A DNA stretch of 64,000 nt from Basidiobolus meristosporus CBS 931.73 (taxonomy: Eukaryota; Fungi; Basidiobolomycota), in the NCBI GenBank assembly GCA_002104905.1, contig MCFE01000164.1, positions 1-64,000 on the forward strand, given 5' to 3'. The notes under the pieces were generated by a model. It ran no database searches and was not told the DNA's origin. It saw only the letters and a list, made by a program, of their open reading frames with translations. The position numbers were made by a program, and so were the translations under genes. Shown in pieces: positions 49,620 through 62,259 of this stretch; the stretch's first letter is position 1, and every line of letters begins with the position of its first letter.

Positions 49620-51824
49620 ACAGTTTCCTGGAAGTGTTCTGTGGTCTGGGGTTGGAAGTTCAGGTAGTAGCAGGTAGCAGTGATCACACTAATTAACAAG
49701 TTGGTATATTGATAAAAGGGATGATGATTTATTGTGAGGGATAGCCTCCCTTATATACTTTTCTCACTGGCTAAGTGATTTTTAAGCATGGTATTCCAGA
49801 AGGTTCTGGATATCAATAGAAATCTTAATGACATCAGAATGTCCTAAGAATGTTCTAAGTAGGTACCAGAAGATTCTGAAGGGTAAGACAAATGGGATAA
49901 AACTAAAATAAGTGTAGTATAGATATAGAGAAGTAGAAAATAAGGGAATGAGCACATCTGTCAGTGGGTGTCACTGTCACCCCACTACAATGGTTGTTTG
50001 GCTTGTTTCCCATATATACAGGCTTCACAGTGCTCCAAATTAGCTGGGGGATTGGTTTTTACTCCAGAAATCAGCTGATCTTTGATCATTTTGCGTAAAT
50101 AATCAAAATTGATGTTCCCAAATCTCCTGTGCCAAAGCATTGGTGTTTCTTCATTTAAGTTACTTATATTGGCTTCCAAATATGATGGAATATAAATCAA
50201 CTTGTATAGATTCTGATCTCTGATACCCAAAGCAATATGAGCACCATTTTGATCAGTGATCCTGCATCCAGAATTGTCAAAACTGAAACTGAGTACTTCT
50301 GCTGTGGCCTTGCTTACACAGAGTAGGTTCTTGGCTATTTCTGGTACATAGAGTGCTTCTTTAAAGGTCAGTGTATGGCTTCCTTCACTGCTTCTAAGGT
50401 TTATTTGGATAGTTCCTTCTCCCACTGCATCAAGTGTTCTATTGTCACCCATGAGAACCTTCTTATTAGAAGACACCTACCAGTCATGTTCAGCTGCTAA
50501 GAAAATATATCTGAGACAAAAATTCTTTACTATAAAGATGCTGCCAGGAGAAGAAATGAAAAATCTAATTAACAGCAATACCCTGCTGGTAGATGAGATG
50601 GAATCTGTGGGTGTACCAACAACTGATGAGGATGTGATAGTTACTATCCTGAATAGCCTGACAGACAAGTTTCAGGGCCTTATATCAGCCCCAGAGTCCA
50701 GAACGGAAGATTTGACCTTTAATTACATATATAGAAGGCTCCTGGATGAAGAATTAAGAAAATCAAGTGCCAATAAGAAGGAAGAAGAAAATGCTTTAAT
50801 AAGCAATGAGAATCAACAAAGGAGGGAACCAAGATCCTACAAAGGCAACAGCAACCTGTTTTGCAACTACTGCAAAAGGAAAGGACACATATCAGACCGG
50901 TGTCTCAAAAGAAAGATAATCAGCAAAAGAAGCCTGAATATGGAAATGCTGCAACAACTGAAGATGGACTACTCATATCTGCACTAAATATGACTACAAA
51001 CAAGGATTCTCAGATGTGGTATATTGACTCTGGAGCATCTCAACACTTTATACACCAGAAAGAACTTTTTACCCAATATCAAGAAATTCTTATTAAGAAG
51101 GTTTTCATGGGTGACAATAGAACATTTGATGCAGTGGGAGATGGAAATATCCAAGTAAACTTAAGAAGCAGTGACAAAAGCCATTCACTGACCACTAAAG
51201 AAGTACTCTATGTACCAGAAATAGCCAAGAACCTGCTATCTGTAAGTAAGGCCACAGCAGAAGGACTAGTTTCAGCTTTGACAATTCTGGATGCAAGATA
51301 ACTGATCAAAATGGTGCCCATATTGCTTTAGGTATCAGAGATCAGAATTTATACAAGTTGACTTATATTGCATCATATCTGGAAGCCAATAGAAGTAACT
51401 TAAATGAAGAAACACCAATGCTTTGGCACAGGAGATTTGGGCACATCAAGTTCAATCATTTGCACAAACTAATCAAAGATCAGCTAATTTCTGGAGTAAA
51501 AATTGATCCCCAGCAAGTTTGGGGCAGTGTGAAGCCTGCATATATAGGAAACAAGCCAGATAACTGTTCCAGAGCTCTGGGCTAATCAAAACTAAGAAAA
51601 AATTAGATTTAATTCACTCAGATCTGTGTAGACCTATGCATAATATATGCTTAGGCAGATGAAGTATTTAATCACTTTGATTGATTATTATAGAGGATAA
51701 ACATGGGTCTACTTCATGAAGAGAGAGGAAGAAGCTCTGTCTAAGTTTAGGGAGCTTAGAGTCATGGTGGAGAGCAAAACTGGAGAAAAAATCAAGATAA
51801 TACACTCTGAGAATGGTGGAGAAT

Positions 51825-53013
51825 TGTTGTGTTATATTATGAATAGTTTGAGGCCTGTTCTACAATGTAGAGGCTATTCAACAATATGCAACAACTTTCA
51901 GTATGCTAGTACTGAAATAGTTTATTGGGAGTTTGATTTGCCAATAGAAGATATAACTTTCACTAATATCCTCAATCTTAGGCTCAAGATATACTATAGG
52001 CAGTATTTCTCACTTCTACAGCAGTGTTCTGACATCTGGCAACTAATGTGCTTATTTACTTTTGTAGTATATTTTCCTTGTTTGGAAGTCACTTTCCTTT
52101 CAAAGAGGATAATTCCTAATATGGAAACACTCAACCCCCTTTAACCTAAAGGGGTGGGTTGTAGTAGTCTCTAAAGGGGTATCTAGCCCTGAAGGGGTGT
52201 CTTTAGAGTAAAGGAGCTTCTGGTAGTGGTCTCTAAAGTAGACTTTACACTAAGAAGGTGCCTAAAGGGGCTTCTTTAGAGTAAAGAGGTTTCTTAAAGG
52301 GGTGTCTTTAGAGTAAAGGGGTTTCTTAGAGGGGACTTTTCCAACAGAAAAGTGGTAGTTTCTTGTAGAACTTAGATTGGATTCTTGTGAGCTTTGCAGT
52401 CTCTTTACTGATGCAGTACCAATCAAAGTCAGAATACTCAACAGTGCAAGTGATGCAGGGGAAGTCTTATAACCTTTAAACTTGTAGTCATAGTGTGGAG
52501 ATTCTGGAAAGAGAGGCTCTCCCTTTATTTTTCAGCTGAGGAAGTCAAATATATGAAATTTCTGAAGGATCAAAGTTTTTGAGCAGTTGCGCCTGCAATA
52601 CATGTGCTACAAAGCTAACATTCTGCAGTAGTGCAAATCAAATATAGGCACAGCCCCTGAAAACATATCATGTGAATAGATTGGCTGATTAAGAAGTTAC
52701 ATGTGATCAAAGTCACCATATTAATCCTAGCAATAGAGACCTAGTATATATGATTATTGGACTCTTTTGGTCATAACTCCGTAGGTACGGCTTCAAATGA
52801 GCTGCAATTTGAAATATATGTTGGCCACTGTGTGTTCTGTATGCCATAGTATTTTGGGTTGATTGCTTGTCAGGGTCTGGAGTATTTGTCTTTCAAAGTT
52901 GCAAATTCTTGATCTTTCACCTGTGTGTTACAACAGCAAAAGCAAAATAAAGAAATGAGTGCAATATTGGTTTTTTGAGATATTTTAGTAATGGGATACT
53001 TTTCATTACCACA
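51825..53013. mobile_element. Probable solo LTR of a third retrotransposon family (1189 bp) with 4-bp TSD GAAT
   Basis: Starts TGTTGTG and ends TTACCACA. GAAT at 51821-51824 and 53014-53017. Copia integrase (NGGE|YTSK-equivalent) is continuous across it. No coding remnants. Confidence 0.8.
52136..52334. repeat. Degenerate array of TAAAGGGG / CTTTAGAGTAAAG motifs inside the third-family LTR
   Basis: About ten TAAAG(G)GG-like units. CTTTAGAGTAAAG at 52201, 52274 and 52306. A CCCCTTTA-acc-TAAAGGGG stem at 52136-52154. Confidence 0.75.
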
Positions 53014-55661
53014 GAATAAACCTCGAAACTCTTCATCCACTTCTGCAAAACTCATGGGATAAAGCAAGACACTACTGTACCATACTCCCCCCCAACAAAA
53101 CAGAGTAGCAAATTGTGCAAACAGATTGATAATGGATATGATAAGATCTATGACCCAGGATCAAAAATTATCCTATGATTTTTGGGCAGAATCAGTTGCT
53201 ACAGCTGTATACCTTGAAAATAGGAGTCATAACAGACTCCTTTCTGTTTCTACTTCATTTGAAGCATGGTATGGATGCAGATCAAGTGCTGGACATCTAA
53301 AAATATTTAGGTTCACAGCGTATGCTAAGAAACTGCTTGGAAATTGGTCAAAATTTGAGCCAAAAAGTGAAAAATGCATATCTTTGGGCTGCTGGAATGA
53401 GAGTAAAGCTTACAGAGTCTACAATACCAAAGCAACAAAGCTAAGCAAGTCCAGGGATGTGTTGTTTGATGAACACTCAAAATTTCACAAAAAATGATAT
53501 CAGATGATGACAAATATCTGATCTCAAGTCCACCAATTGTTAGGATTGAACCAGAGCAAAACAGTGAGAACTTTTTCACTCCATTGGACTATATAACCAT
53601 GGTTTAGCCTGAAGCAGCTCACAGAAATATCCAAGAACTGCTCATTCAGGTATCAAATGCCTGGAGATCCAATCAGAAATGAAATAGCCTATATTTCTAT
53701 ATCAATGAGGGTACAAACTTAGCCTATGCTTATTCAGTCTATATTTATAAGCCCCAGACTATAAAATAGGCCCTTAATAGCCCTTAGAAAAAGTTTTGGA
53801 TTTCTGCAATGACTGAAGAATATTTGGCCCTGATGGAAAGTCAAATTTGGAACTTAGTCCAATTACCAATCAACCTGAAATTAATTGGATGCAGATGTGT
53901 CTTCAGAACAAAACATAAGGCTGATGGTACAATTAAAAGATACAAAGCAAGACTTGAAGCCAAAGGATACTCTCAAACAAAAGGACTTGACTATACTGAG
54001 ACCTTTGGACCAGTAGCCAAGTTTAATTCCATCAAATTAATATTGGCTATTGTGGGCAAATATAAGTTTTTTATTCATCAAATGAATTGTAACATTGCAT
54101 TTTTGAATGGAGAACTTGATGAGGACATGTATACAGACCAGCCTGATGGGTTTACTGACCAAGATAACCATTATTTGGTCTGCAAGCTTAAAAAGTCACT
54201 ATATGGTCTCAAACAATCACCAAGAGCCTGGAATACAAGATAGATTCTTACTTAAAATCTTTGAGTTCCCAAAGGTGTAATGCAAACTATAGCATATGCT
54301 ATAAGCTAGATAGAGCAAGCACAGTTCTATCACCTCTATATGTGGATGATCTTATTATAGCCACCAATAACCTAGCAATATTATAAGTGACTAAATCAAG
54401 CCTATCCAAGGAGTTCTATATGTCCAATCTAGGAGAACTCAGTTACTGCTTAGTGATTAAGTTTTCCATAGACAGAAGTACCCAGACTATCACCCTAAGC
54501 CAATCCAAGTGTATTCAAGATATACTAAAGAAGTACCAAATAGAAGACTGTACACAGGCAGCTACCCCAATGGAGACAAACCTTAACTTGGTCAAAACTC
54601 AACCAAGTCAAGAGAGCTTGGTGCCATCTGAGAGCACCAACTTTCCTTATCAATCTATGGTTAGCAGTCTGATGTATATCATGCTTGGGGCACATCTAGA
54701 CATTGCTTATTTAGTGAGAGTTGTCAGCCAACATAATCAGAACTATGGATCTGATCATATTGCAGCAGTTAAGCGGATTTTTAGACACCTAAGTGGAGCT
54801 GCTGATGTCTGCTAAGATACACTTATAAGGACTCATAACAGGATCTTGTGGGATACTCTGATGCTGATTGGGGACAAAACTTGGAAGACAGATGATCCAC
54901 CACAGGATACACCTTTCTTTACTGTAAAGGAGCAATTTCATGGAATTCAAGAAAGCAACCAACTGAAGCACTTTCCACCACCAAGGCAGAGTATATGGCA
55001 GCCTGTGAAGCTACAAAAGAAGCAATGTGGTTAAGAGAGCTTCTTACAGATTGAGGCCTATGCCAAAAAGCACCTATTACTGTATTTCAAGATAGTCAAC
55101 AATGTATACAATTAGGTAGAAATCAAACTTTTCATGCTAGAGCTAAGCACATAGATATCAGACATCATTTCATTCATGAAGCTATAGAAGATAACTTGGT
55201 ATCATAGTATGCAGCTCTTCAGATGAAATGATTTCAGACATACCTACCTAACCATTAGCTAGAGAAAAGCTTGAATATCTTAGGTCCAAATCAGGACTAG
55301 TCAGTATGAGCATTTAGCTGAGTGGGAGTGTTGTAAAAGGTCTTAATTCCACCTAAATATTCACCTAACATAGTCACTTAGATCATTACTTTCAAATCCT
55401 AGTGAATACCAACCTAATTCCATGTTAGGACTTACTTAGAATATTTTCACCAAAATACTGGGTACCCAAAGCATGGTATTCCCAAACTTTGCATGCATGC
55501 TCTTGGGACCTTTCTTAGCCTATTGTAAATGTTTGTAATGCCAAGACCATGTAAAAGTATAAATACTACCTTTATACTCAATAAATCAATAAGTGAAAAC
55601 TACAGAATCTACTTGTCCTCCCAATGACTTCCAATATCTCCAAGACTCTTACAACAATGAT

Positions 55662-58420
55662 CACTACTGCAGCTACTGGAGCTTTTTCCTCTGGCAAAGT
55701 GTAAACTGGAACTAACTTTAAGTCTAGAAGGCAAAAACAAAAAATGGTGCTGCAGTAATTACACCTTTAGGTTACTTTATTCCTATGAAAGGCTATTGTA
55801 ATGATCCCATTAAAGGGCTGTCACAAAGTTAATGTCCCATGACTAAGAGGTACTGATCCAATCAGGACACCATTGAGAGACTGTTGAAAAATAATCACAT
55901 CCCTGATTTCACAAAAAACTTAGTCAAATTTTTCATCACAACAATGTACAAGTGGCTTTTGATTGGTTCCATGCCAATTTGCTCACTTTCTGATCCCAGA
56001 CACTCTATCACCTCCTACATTTGCGTGCATTGATTGTTATTGCCTTGTTCTCACACTCCTTACTTCCTGACTCAACTGTTTCTCTTACTTTTCATGCACA
56101 CAAATTGCTTTATTTCCGTTGAAACTTCAGTTGTCTCTCAATTGCCAACAGGATTGACCTATACAAGTCCCTATACACTACACTAACATTAAACCCAACC
56201 CCACACTCAACAAGTAACTCCACCAGAATCTCCCACTCAATTAGTATTTCTGCTGTAATGCTCTGGTTCTACAACTTTGGCGGAAATCTTATAGCTTTAT
56301 GCCACTGTTTATTCACTGGTTCCCACATATCCTTGTCTTGAGCTGGCACTGCAAGGTCTAGCACCTTATCTGCCAGTCTTTGCAATAAATCTTTGCAATA
56401 TTCCAGTGCATTTTCTTGAGCACTGCTCTTGAAGAAGTGCTGAAACCTTTTGGTGAGCCTATTAATGTTCCAAAACTCCACTGAAGACATTATGATAGTC
56501 TTTTGAGCTCTTGATGTTGTAGCCTTGTCTGTCAGTAGGATCTCCACTCTGTGAACAATGGAGGAAGTGGAGGCTGTGGTAGACAAATTGCCTTTTTGAG
56601 AAAACTCATCTACCTTACTGGAGTGTAGCTGAACTGGCTGTGCTTCCAACTCTTGCAAATACAGCTGTTTTCTTGTTGGTAATTCTTCTTGGCTATGATG
56701 GGATTCAGTCTGTTCCTGGCTTGCAGCATTAATTGGCAAGAACTGCAGTTTCTTTTGCCCACCTCCTTATTTCAGGATTAGGTAGACACTTTTCCCTTTA
56801 CCATATCCTTTATCACGACCAGGTCTTTCATTACTACTTTGCCTAGGTGCTTCTTATAAAGATTACATTTTCTCATTGATAAATTCTGCCCTGACACATC
56901 TGTTTAGCCTGCTTATCCCTTGATGGCACTCTTCTGGCAACCTGACGTTTCTTTTCCGCATGTTTTGAGCTCTCAACTGTAGTTGTGACTGGCTCCTGTA
57001 AAAGCCATTGGTTTTTATCACTGCTGGGTCCTTCACTGCTATTTTAACTGAGTGCTTCTTGAGTGGTACTACCCTTTTTCCTTGATAAATGCTGTGCTGG
57101 TGCATCTGTGTCTGCCTGCTTGGCCCTATTTGCACTCTTTCAGCTACCTGGTATCTCTTTGACACTTGTCTGGAGCTTTTGGCCCTGCTTGTAACAGGCT
57201 CTTGGGGAAGCTGCTGGTCTTTAGCCATGGCACCCTTGTTCTTCTGCCATTGATAGCTACAGCTATTCTTGAGTTACTTTCTTAGCATACCAATGCTGGC
57301 CCAAAATCCATTTGCTTTTTGAATCTAGGATAATGCTCATGGAGCAAGTCAAGTGCATTCTGCTTGGCCTTGAGTTCCTGATGGTCCCATGGTATGCCAG
57401 CCTTAAGGTGATGGCATGCTAGACTTCTGATAGCTTCTTGAATATTAGCCCACTCTTCATTATTGCACTCAACAGCTTCATGGATCTTCAATGTCCTTTG
57501 ATTTTTGGGCTTTGGTATAAATAGCACATTGTCTCCCTCCCATGCTGTGATAGGTTTTTCTATGGGCTTTATGTTTGGGCACAGTTGCTGTGCTTCAAAG
57601 ACTGTACAGTGTTCCTCTGCTGTTACATTGGGAAATGGCTCAACTCTTGGCTCTGACATTGAGCTACTTGAGTTCCTTCTTTGCAGCAAAGATACTGCTT
57701 TCTCTACCTGGGATATTGATTGCTCTGCACGTATTATCTGCTCATCCTGTTTCTTGACCATTTCCTGATTTCTCTGGGCCATTGCATCTATCCAATCAGC
57801 TATTGCACCTAATTGCTTCATTAATGCATTGGTATGAGCTGACAACATACTTGCTAATATGAGTGGTGGTGATGTTATGACAGTCACTTGATGGTATTCA
57901 ACTGAGGGTTCTGCACTTGCTACATTCTCATCTGCCTGGGAATAGCAGTCAGCTTGTTGCTCTGTAGAGGTTTTCAGTTGCATACTTGACTGAGAGCCTA
58001 AGGAGTCTGCATTATCACCTTTGATGAACACACTGTCCACAGGGTCTTTTTTGGATGTAGCCCCACTTGTTGCACTGAATGTCAAAGCAAGCTGTAGTCC
58101 AACTGTTCTTCTGTTGCCATCAACAGTGGGGTTTGGTTGGGAACCAGACAACTTTGCTTTATTTTTGGTGGCATATATATGGAAGTGAGTCAAGCTAAAG
58201 GGGAAATAGTGTTACATACACCTGGGTATGTGGTGCCACAATTTTGTTTATAATGCTTACTTTGGTGGGTCATCATTGAATCTTACATTCATGTTGGTAC
58301 AATGTCTCAAATACAAGACTGTCTTAAGTTCACATCAGTCTAAACAAAAAGTGATATAATAGCATTACATAGTTGAAGGTCAAACTGTTTGCCCTATGGA
58401 CAAGACTACCTTGACTTAAT
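55662..58420 (-). mobile_element. Inverted, truncated CACTA-like copy carrying the degenerate accessory (TnpA-like) ORF; possible terminus CACTA at 55662
   Basis: Homologous to 62100-64000 on the opposite strand. ORF pieces at 57282-58193, 56863-57228 and 56269-56739. A 66-nt GT-AG intron at 58260-58195. Confidence 0.6.
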
Positions 58421-58619
58421 GCCATAAGAGAAGAGAAAAAAGACCATGTGGCTATTGTAGCAAGCCACTCAGCCATGAAGCTCACGGATAGCATAGGAAG
58501 CATTCCAAGGATCATGGCAAGTGTTTTGCTACATAAGTAATATTTGATTATTATTGGTCACTACTGTACCAGCATTATTTTGCCAGCCAGTTATATTTGT
58601 ATATTAGCACCTGGCTGTC

Positions 58620-61600
58620 TTTGTCACCTTGCATATGCTGAGTCAGGTGAGTTTTTGATGCCTTTGGGCTCACCTCAGCCTTCCAAATATGGCCTGCAGA
58701 GTGATATCTCTGATGAAGAAGGTTCAATGATGGATTTTGAGTGTATCTCCCCTAACAACAGTACCACATATGAGCCCAGTCAAATCCCTATATGCAATGA
58801 GCCAACACTTGTTGAAATAAATGTCAAGGATACTTGATGGAGCCAAGTGAGTCCAGTAATCCATCTATAGGTCAATAATATAATGTTGTGGCTAGAGAAG
58901 TGGCAGGTTTCCACTAATATCAGTAATGGGGGCTTTGAGGATTTATTACCACTTCTTGCCAAAATCATACCAGGATGCAACTTACTATGTACATGGTACA
59001 AGCGGGCAACCATCATGCAACTGGCAACATATGATCCAGTGACTGTCCTGATTCCAGCATGTGTTAATAGTTGCATGGCATTCACATCCAAAAATGATAC
59101 CATTGCAATGTGTCCAAATTAGCAGGAGTCCACCACCATTTGGGGAAAAATTGTTCACATTCCAGATATATTCTGGTCATACCCTGATTGAGGAAGCTGA
59201 TGCAGTCCAACAAATATTGGAAAGCTATACAGTACTGCACTCAGTATAAATCAAGCGCAAATATATTCAATACATTTGATGGCAAACATTACAAACAGCT
59301 AAGAAGCAAGGGCTACTTTGAAGGTATGAATGATCATGCCTTTGCCTTAGCACTTAATGGATTCTCATTAAACAAGTACTCTACCAGCAAGTCCTGCTGG
59401 CCACTGATTCTCATCAATTTAAATCTGCTTCCCATCTTGTGGTATCAGAGCAATAATCTGATGGTAGTCTCACTGGTATCTGGGCCTAAATCACTGTCCA
59501 TCCTGGATAGCTACCTGTATCCATTGCTGGATGAATTTTGTATGCTTTCCTGCAGGATAATAGTTAATGGCTGTCATCCAAAGGTGCATATTATTATCTG
59601 CATTGGAGATACCGCAGCCATCAGCAAGATTGCAGGTTTTTCTGGGCACAATGGATGGTATTGCTGTCAAATGCGCAGGATCCAGGGGATTTATTCCATA
59701 ACTCACACATATTATTATTACCAAAACACCAGCACTAAGGACATTATCTTTCCATAGAGAGAACATATAGAAGTCTGCATACAATTGCAGCAAAGTTGGC
59801 AAGCAATAAGACATTGGCCAGAATATGGAATCAATTGAAATCCCAAGATACTTAAAATAGTGGGTATCTGTTGGAGCAAAAGCTTTCCACTGAGAGCAAT
59901 GCATTTGCTTCTCAACAATATCCCTATATTGATGACCAAGTTGTACTTGGGGCATATCAAGCCAAATGAGCCCTTTGAGATACTGGAGAAATTTGAAAGA
60001 ATTGGCAAGATACTATAGAGTATCTGCTTCCCTGAGTACTTCCCATGGTATGGTGGTGTATAAGTCCAAGGGAGAGATATGTCCAACACTTCTCAAGCAT
60101 TTTGTGTGTAGGGTGTTCACTGGGTGCAATAACTTCTGGCAAAAGCTTGCTAGGTATACTTGGGTTCTGTATCTAATCTAATGTCATGGGGAATAAAGCC
60201 ACAAGCTTGTCAAGGGAAAACTATTGAGCTACAATCCCCAACTTAGTTGGCATCTTAACAAAAGTATGTGCTGGGTTCAGTGTCCTTTGAGATGACAATG
60301 TAATAAAGCTTCCAAAGTCAAAACAACTATAAACTCCACCAGCAGGGACTTGATAAGAATGCAGCTGTGGTCAATAGTTACAAAGACAGAAAAGTATCTT
60401 TGCCTGTACAAGAACAAACTTGGGAAAGAACCAAATATAATAAAAGATACCTACTCTGAGTATTCCTCACAAGTAGTGCCTCCAGGGTCAGTTGGCTGTT
60501 AGCGCAGTTTCCTGGGAGTGTCCTGTGGTCTGGGGTTGGAAGTTCAGGTAGCAGCAGGTAGCAGTGATCACACTAATCAGCAAATTGGTATATTGATAAA
60601 AGGGATAATGATTTATTGTTGAGGGATAGCCTCCCTTATATACTTTTCTCACTGGCTAAGTGATTACTAATTATGGTGTTCCAGAAGGTTCCGGAGATCA
60701 ATAGAAATCTTAGTGATATCATAATGAGCTAAGAGCATTCTAAGTAGGTGCTGGAAGGTTCTAAGAGGCACAGCACATCCAACCAATTGGGAATCAGTAT
60801 TATGAAACCTGTGTAACATAGGGATATCATATATGGTATGAAAATGGTAGAGATGGTGACATGGGTTGATCATGGGTCACAGGTACTGGCACAGGTACTT
60901 GCCTAATATAGAGGCACTTACAGCTAGTAATCTTACATAAAGTGGGGTATAACTTATGCAATAAGGTAAGCAGGTGTGATTGTCAACCAGCTTATGGGAT
61001 AGTACTGATCAGGTAAGACAAGTGGGATAAACTAAAATAAGTGTAGTAGAGGTATAGGGAAGTAGAAAATATGGGAATGAGCACATCTGTCAGTGGGTGT
61101 TGCTGCAACCCCACTACAACTGGCTCCAATTAAAATTCTTATGAATATGCAAAAATTCAAATGCAAAGACTGGATGAACTGGATATGTATTTATTTAAGT
61201 AGCTTTCTGAAGCCATCCCTACCAAGAGTTCATTGGAAGAAATGGGAGTCATAAGTGGACATTGTAGGAAAATATATTCAGAAGCCAATCACCAATGCCA
61301 ACTTGATGCATCTACAGCACATGTGCAAAGAGTTTGTGATGGGATTTGAGGGGCTATACTACAAACATAAAGCGGAATATGGAGATCTCTGCCATAACTG
61401 TATCCACTTACTACTCCATTTTGCATGGTGTGTGGAAAATTTTGGGCCTTGCTTCATCTTGTGGGAGTTTTGTATGGAGTGGATGTGTGGGGAGATAGGA
61501 AGACAAGTTAAGTTGCAGGTGCTACCATATCCCAATCTTATTAATAATATTACCTTCAAGTCTGTCATGGATGTGATGAGTTGGCACATAAGGGACAGCC

Positions 61601-61671
61601 AGGAAGAGTTGAAAATACTTAGGACAAATGTGCATGTGGAGTCACCTATGCCTATGGCATTAAGAAGCTAA
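58620..61671 (+). pseudogene. CACTA / CMC-EnSpm (Tnp2-type) DDE transposase, degenerate, interrupted by a gypsy solo LTR
   Basis: ACVNSCMAFT...CPN; FDGKHYKQL...FALALNGF...SCWPLILINLNLLP...GPKS...LDSYLYPLLDEF...GDTAAISKIAGFSGHNGWYCC; FKCKDWMNW; HLLLHFAWCVENFGPCFILWEFCMEWMCG. This motif series is typical of CACTA transposases. Confidence 0.85.
60049..61118 (-). repeat. Gypsy-family solo LTR (1070 bp) with flanks ATGG/ACTG
   Basis: Full-length reverse complement of the 42289 LTR. Removing it restores the transposase reading ..YFP(R)APIKI... Confidence 0.92.
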
Positions 61672-62259
61672 GCAGCCCCAATGTGTGGATAATCAGTTAA
61701 GTAATGCAAAGTTGGGTTGGGTGCAACATGCAACTGTTATGATCTGTTGCTTGAATGTTTAAGTTAGATCAGTTTTTAGTCAAACCAATTAGTTCTATGT
61801 TTAGGTTATCAGTATATCAGTATTATCTATCAAATCAGTAGCATTAGTCAGCAAATGAATCAGCAGATCCTTATCAGACTGAAATAGATATATTGGGTAG
61901 GATCTTATTGGGTGATGATGATGCAATCAGATGAGTCATCAGCCACAGCCTATATTAGGAAATACAACTAGTCAGCAATTGATCTGGCAAAATGTATATA
62001 AGGAGCTGCTAGAATCTCAATAAAGATCAGTTCAAGTTTTAGTGAATACAATACTAGCTAGCCTCCCTATTCCTCTACAACTCTTATACCAAGACTTGTA
62101 ATACAACTAATGATTATTTGGAAAACTTTACCAAGGTATGCCAGATTTTTGTCCATGGGGCAAACTGCTTGACACTCAATAACTCAACACTATACATCAC
62201 TTCTTTGTCAATACTCATGTGAATTTAAGAGTTTTGTATTTGAGACATTGCATCTATAT

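Larger units (their letters stand above)
41830..49989 (-). repeat. Gypsy-family solo LTR in minus orientation (41830-42288 plus 49620-49989, with an internal deletion); TSD ACGG/ATGG; hosts the full-length element
   Basis: The two halves are reverse complements of the 42289-43359 LTR and join exactly once the inner element and its TSD are removed. Confidence 0.88.
41553..50465 (-). mobile_element. Copia protease/integrase fragment (41553-41829 plus 49990-50465) split by the gypsy nest
   Basis: KKKLHLIHSDLCGPMQ lies on the left and MLWHRRFGNINF..CEACIYGKQ on the right. The sequence rejoins as in the intact copy at 39990-40020. Confidence 0.8.
50465..55656 (+). mobile_element. Degenerate Ty1/copia copy (gag through RNase H, PPT, 3' LTR 55329-55656), interrupted by a solo LTR of another family
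   Basis: Gag with CNYCKRKGHISDRC knuckle. WYIDSGAS protease. Integrase, RT and RNase H remnants. GCTGAGTGGGAG PPT followed by a TGTTGTAA...TTACAACA LTR. Confidence 0.9.
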
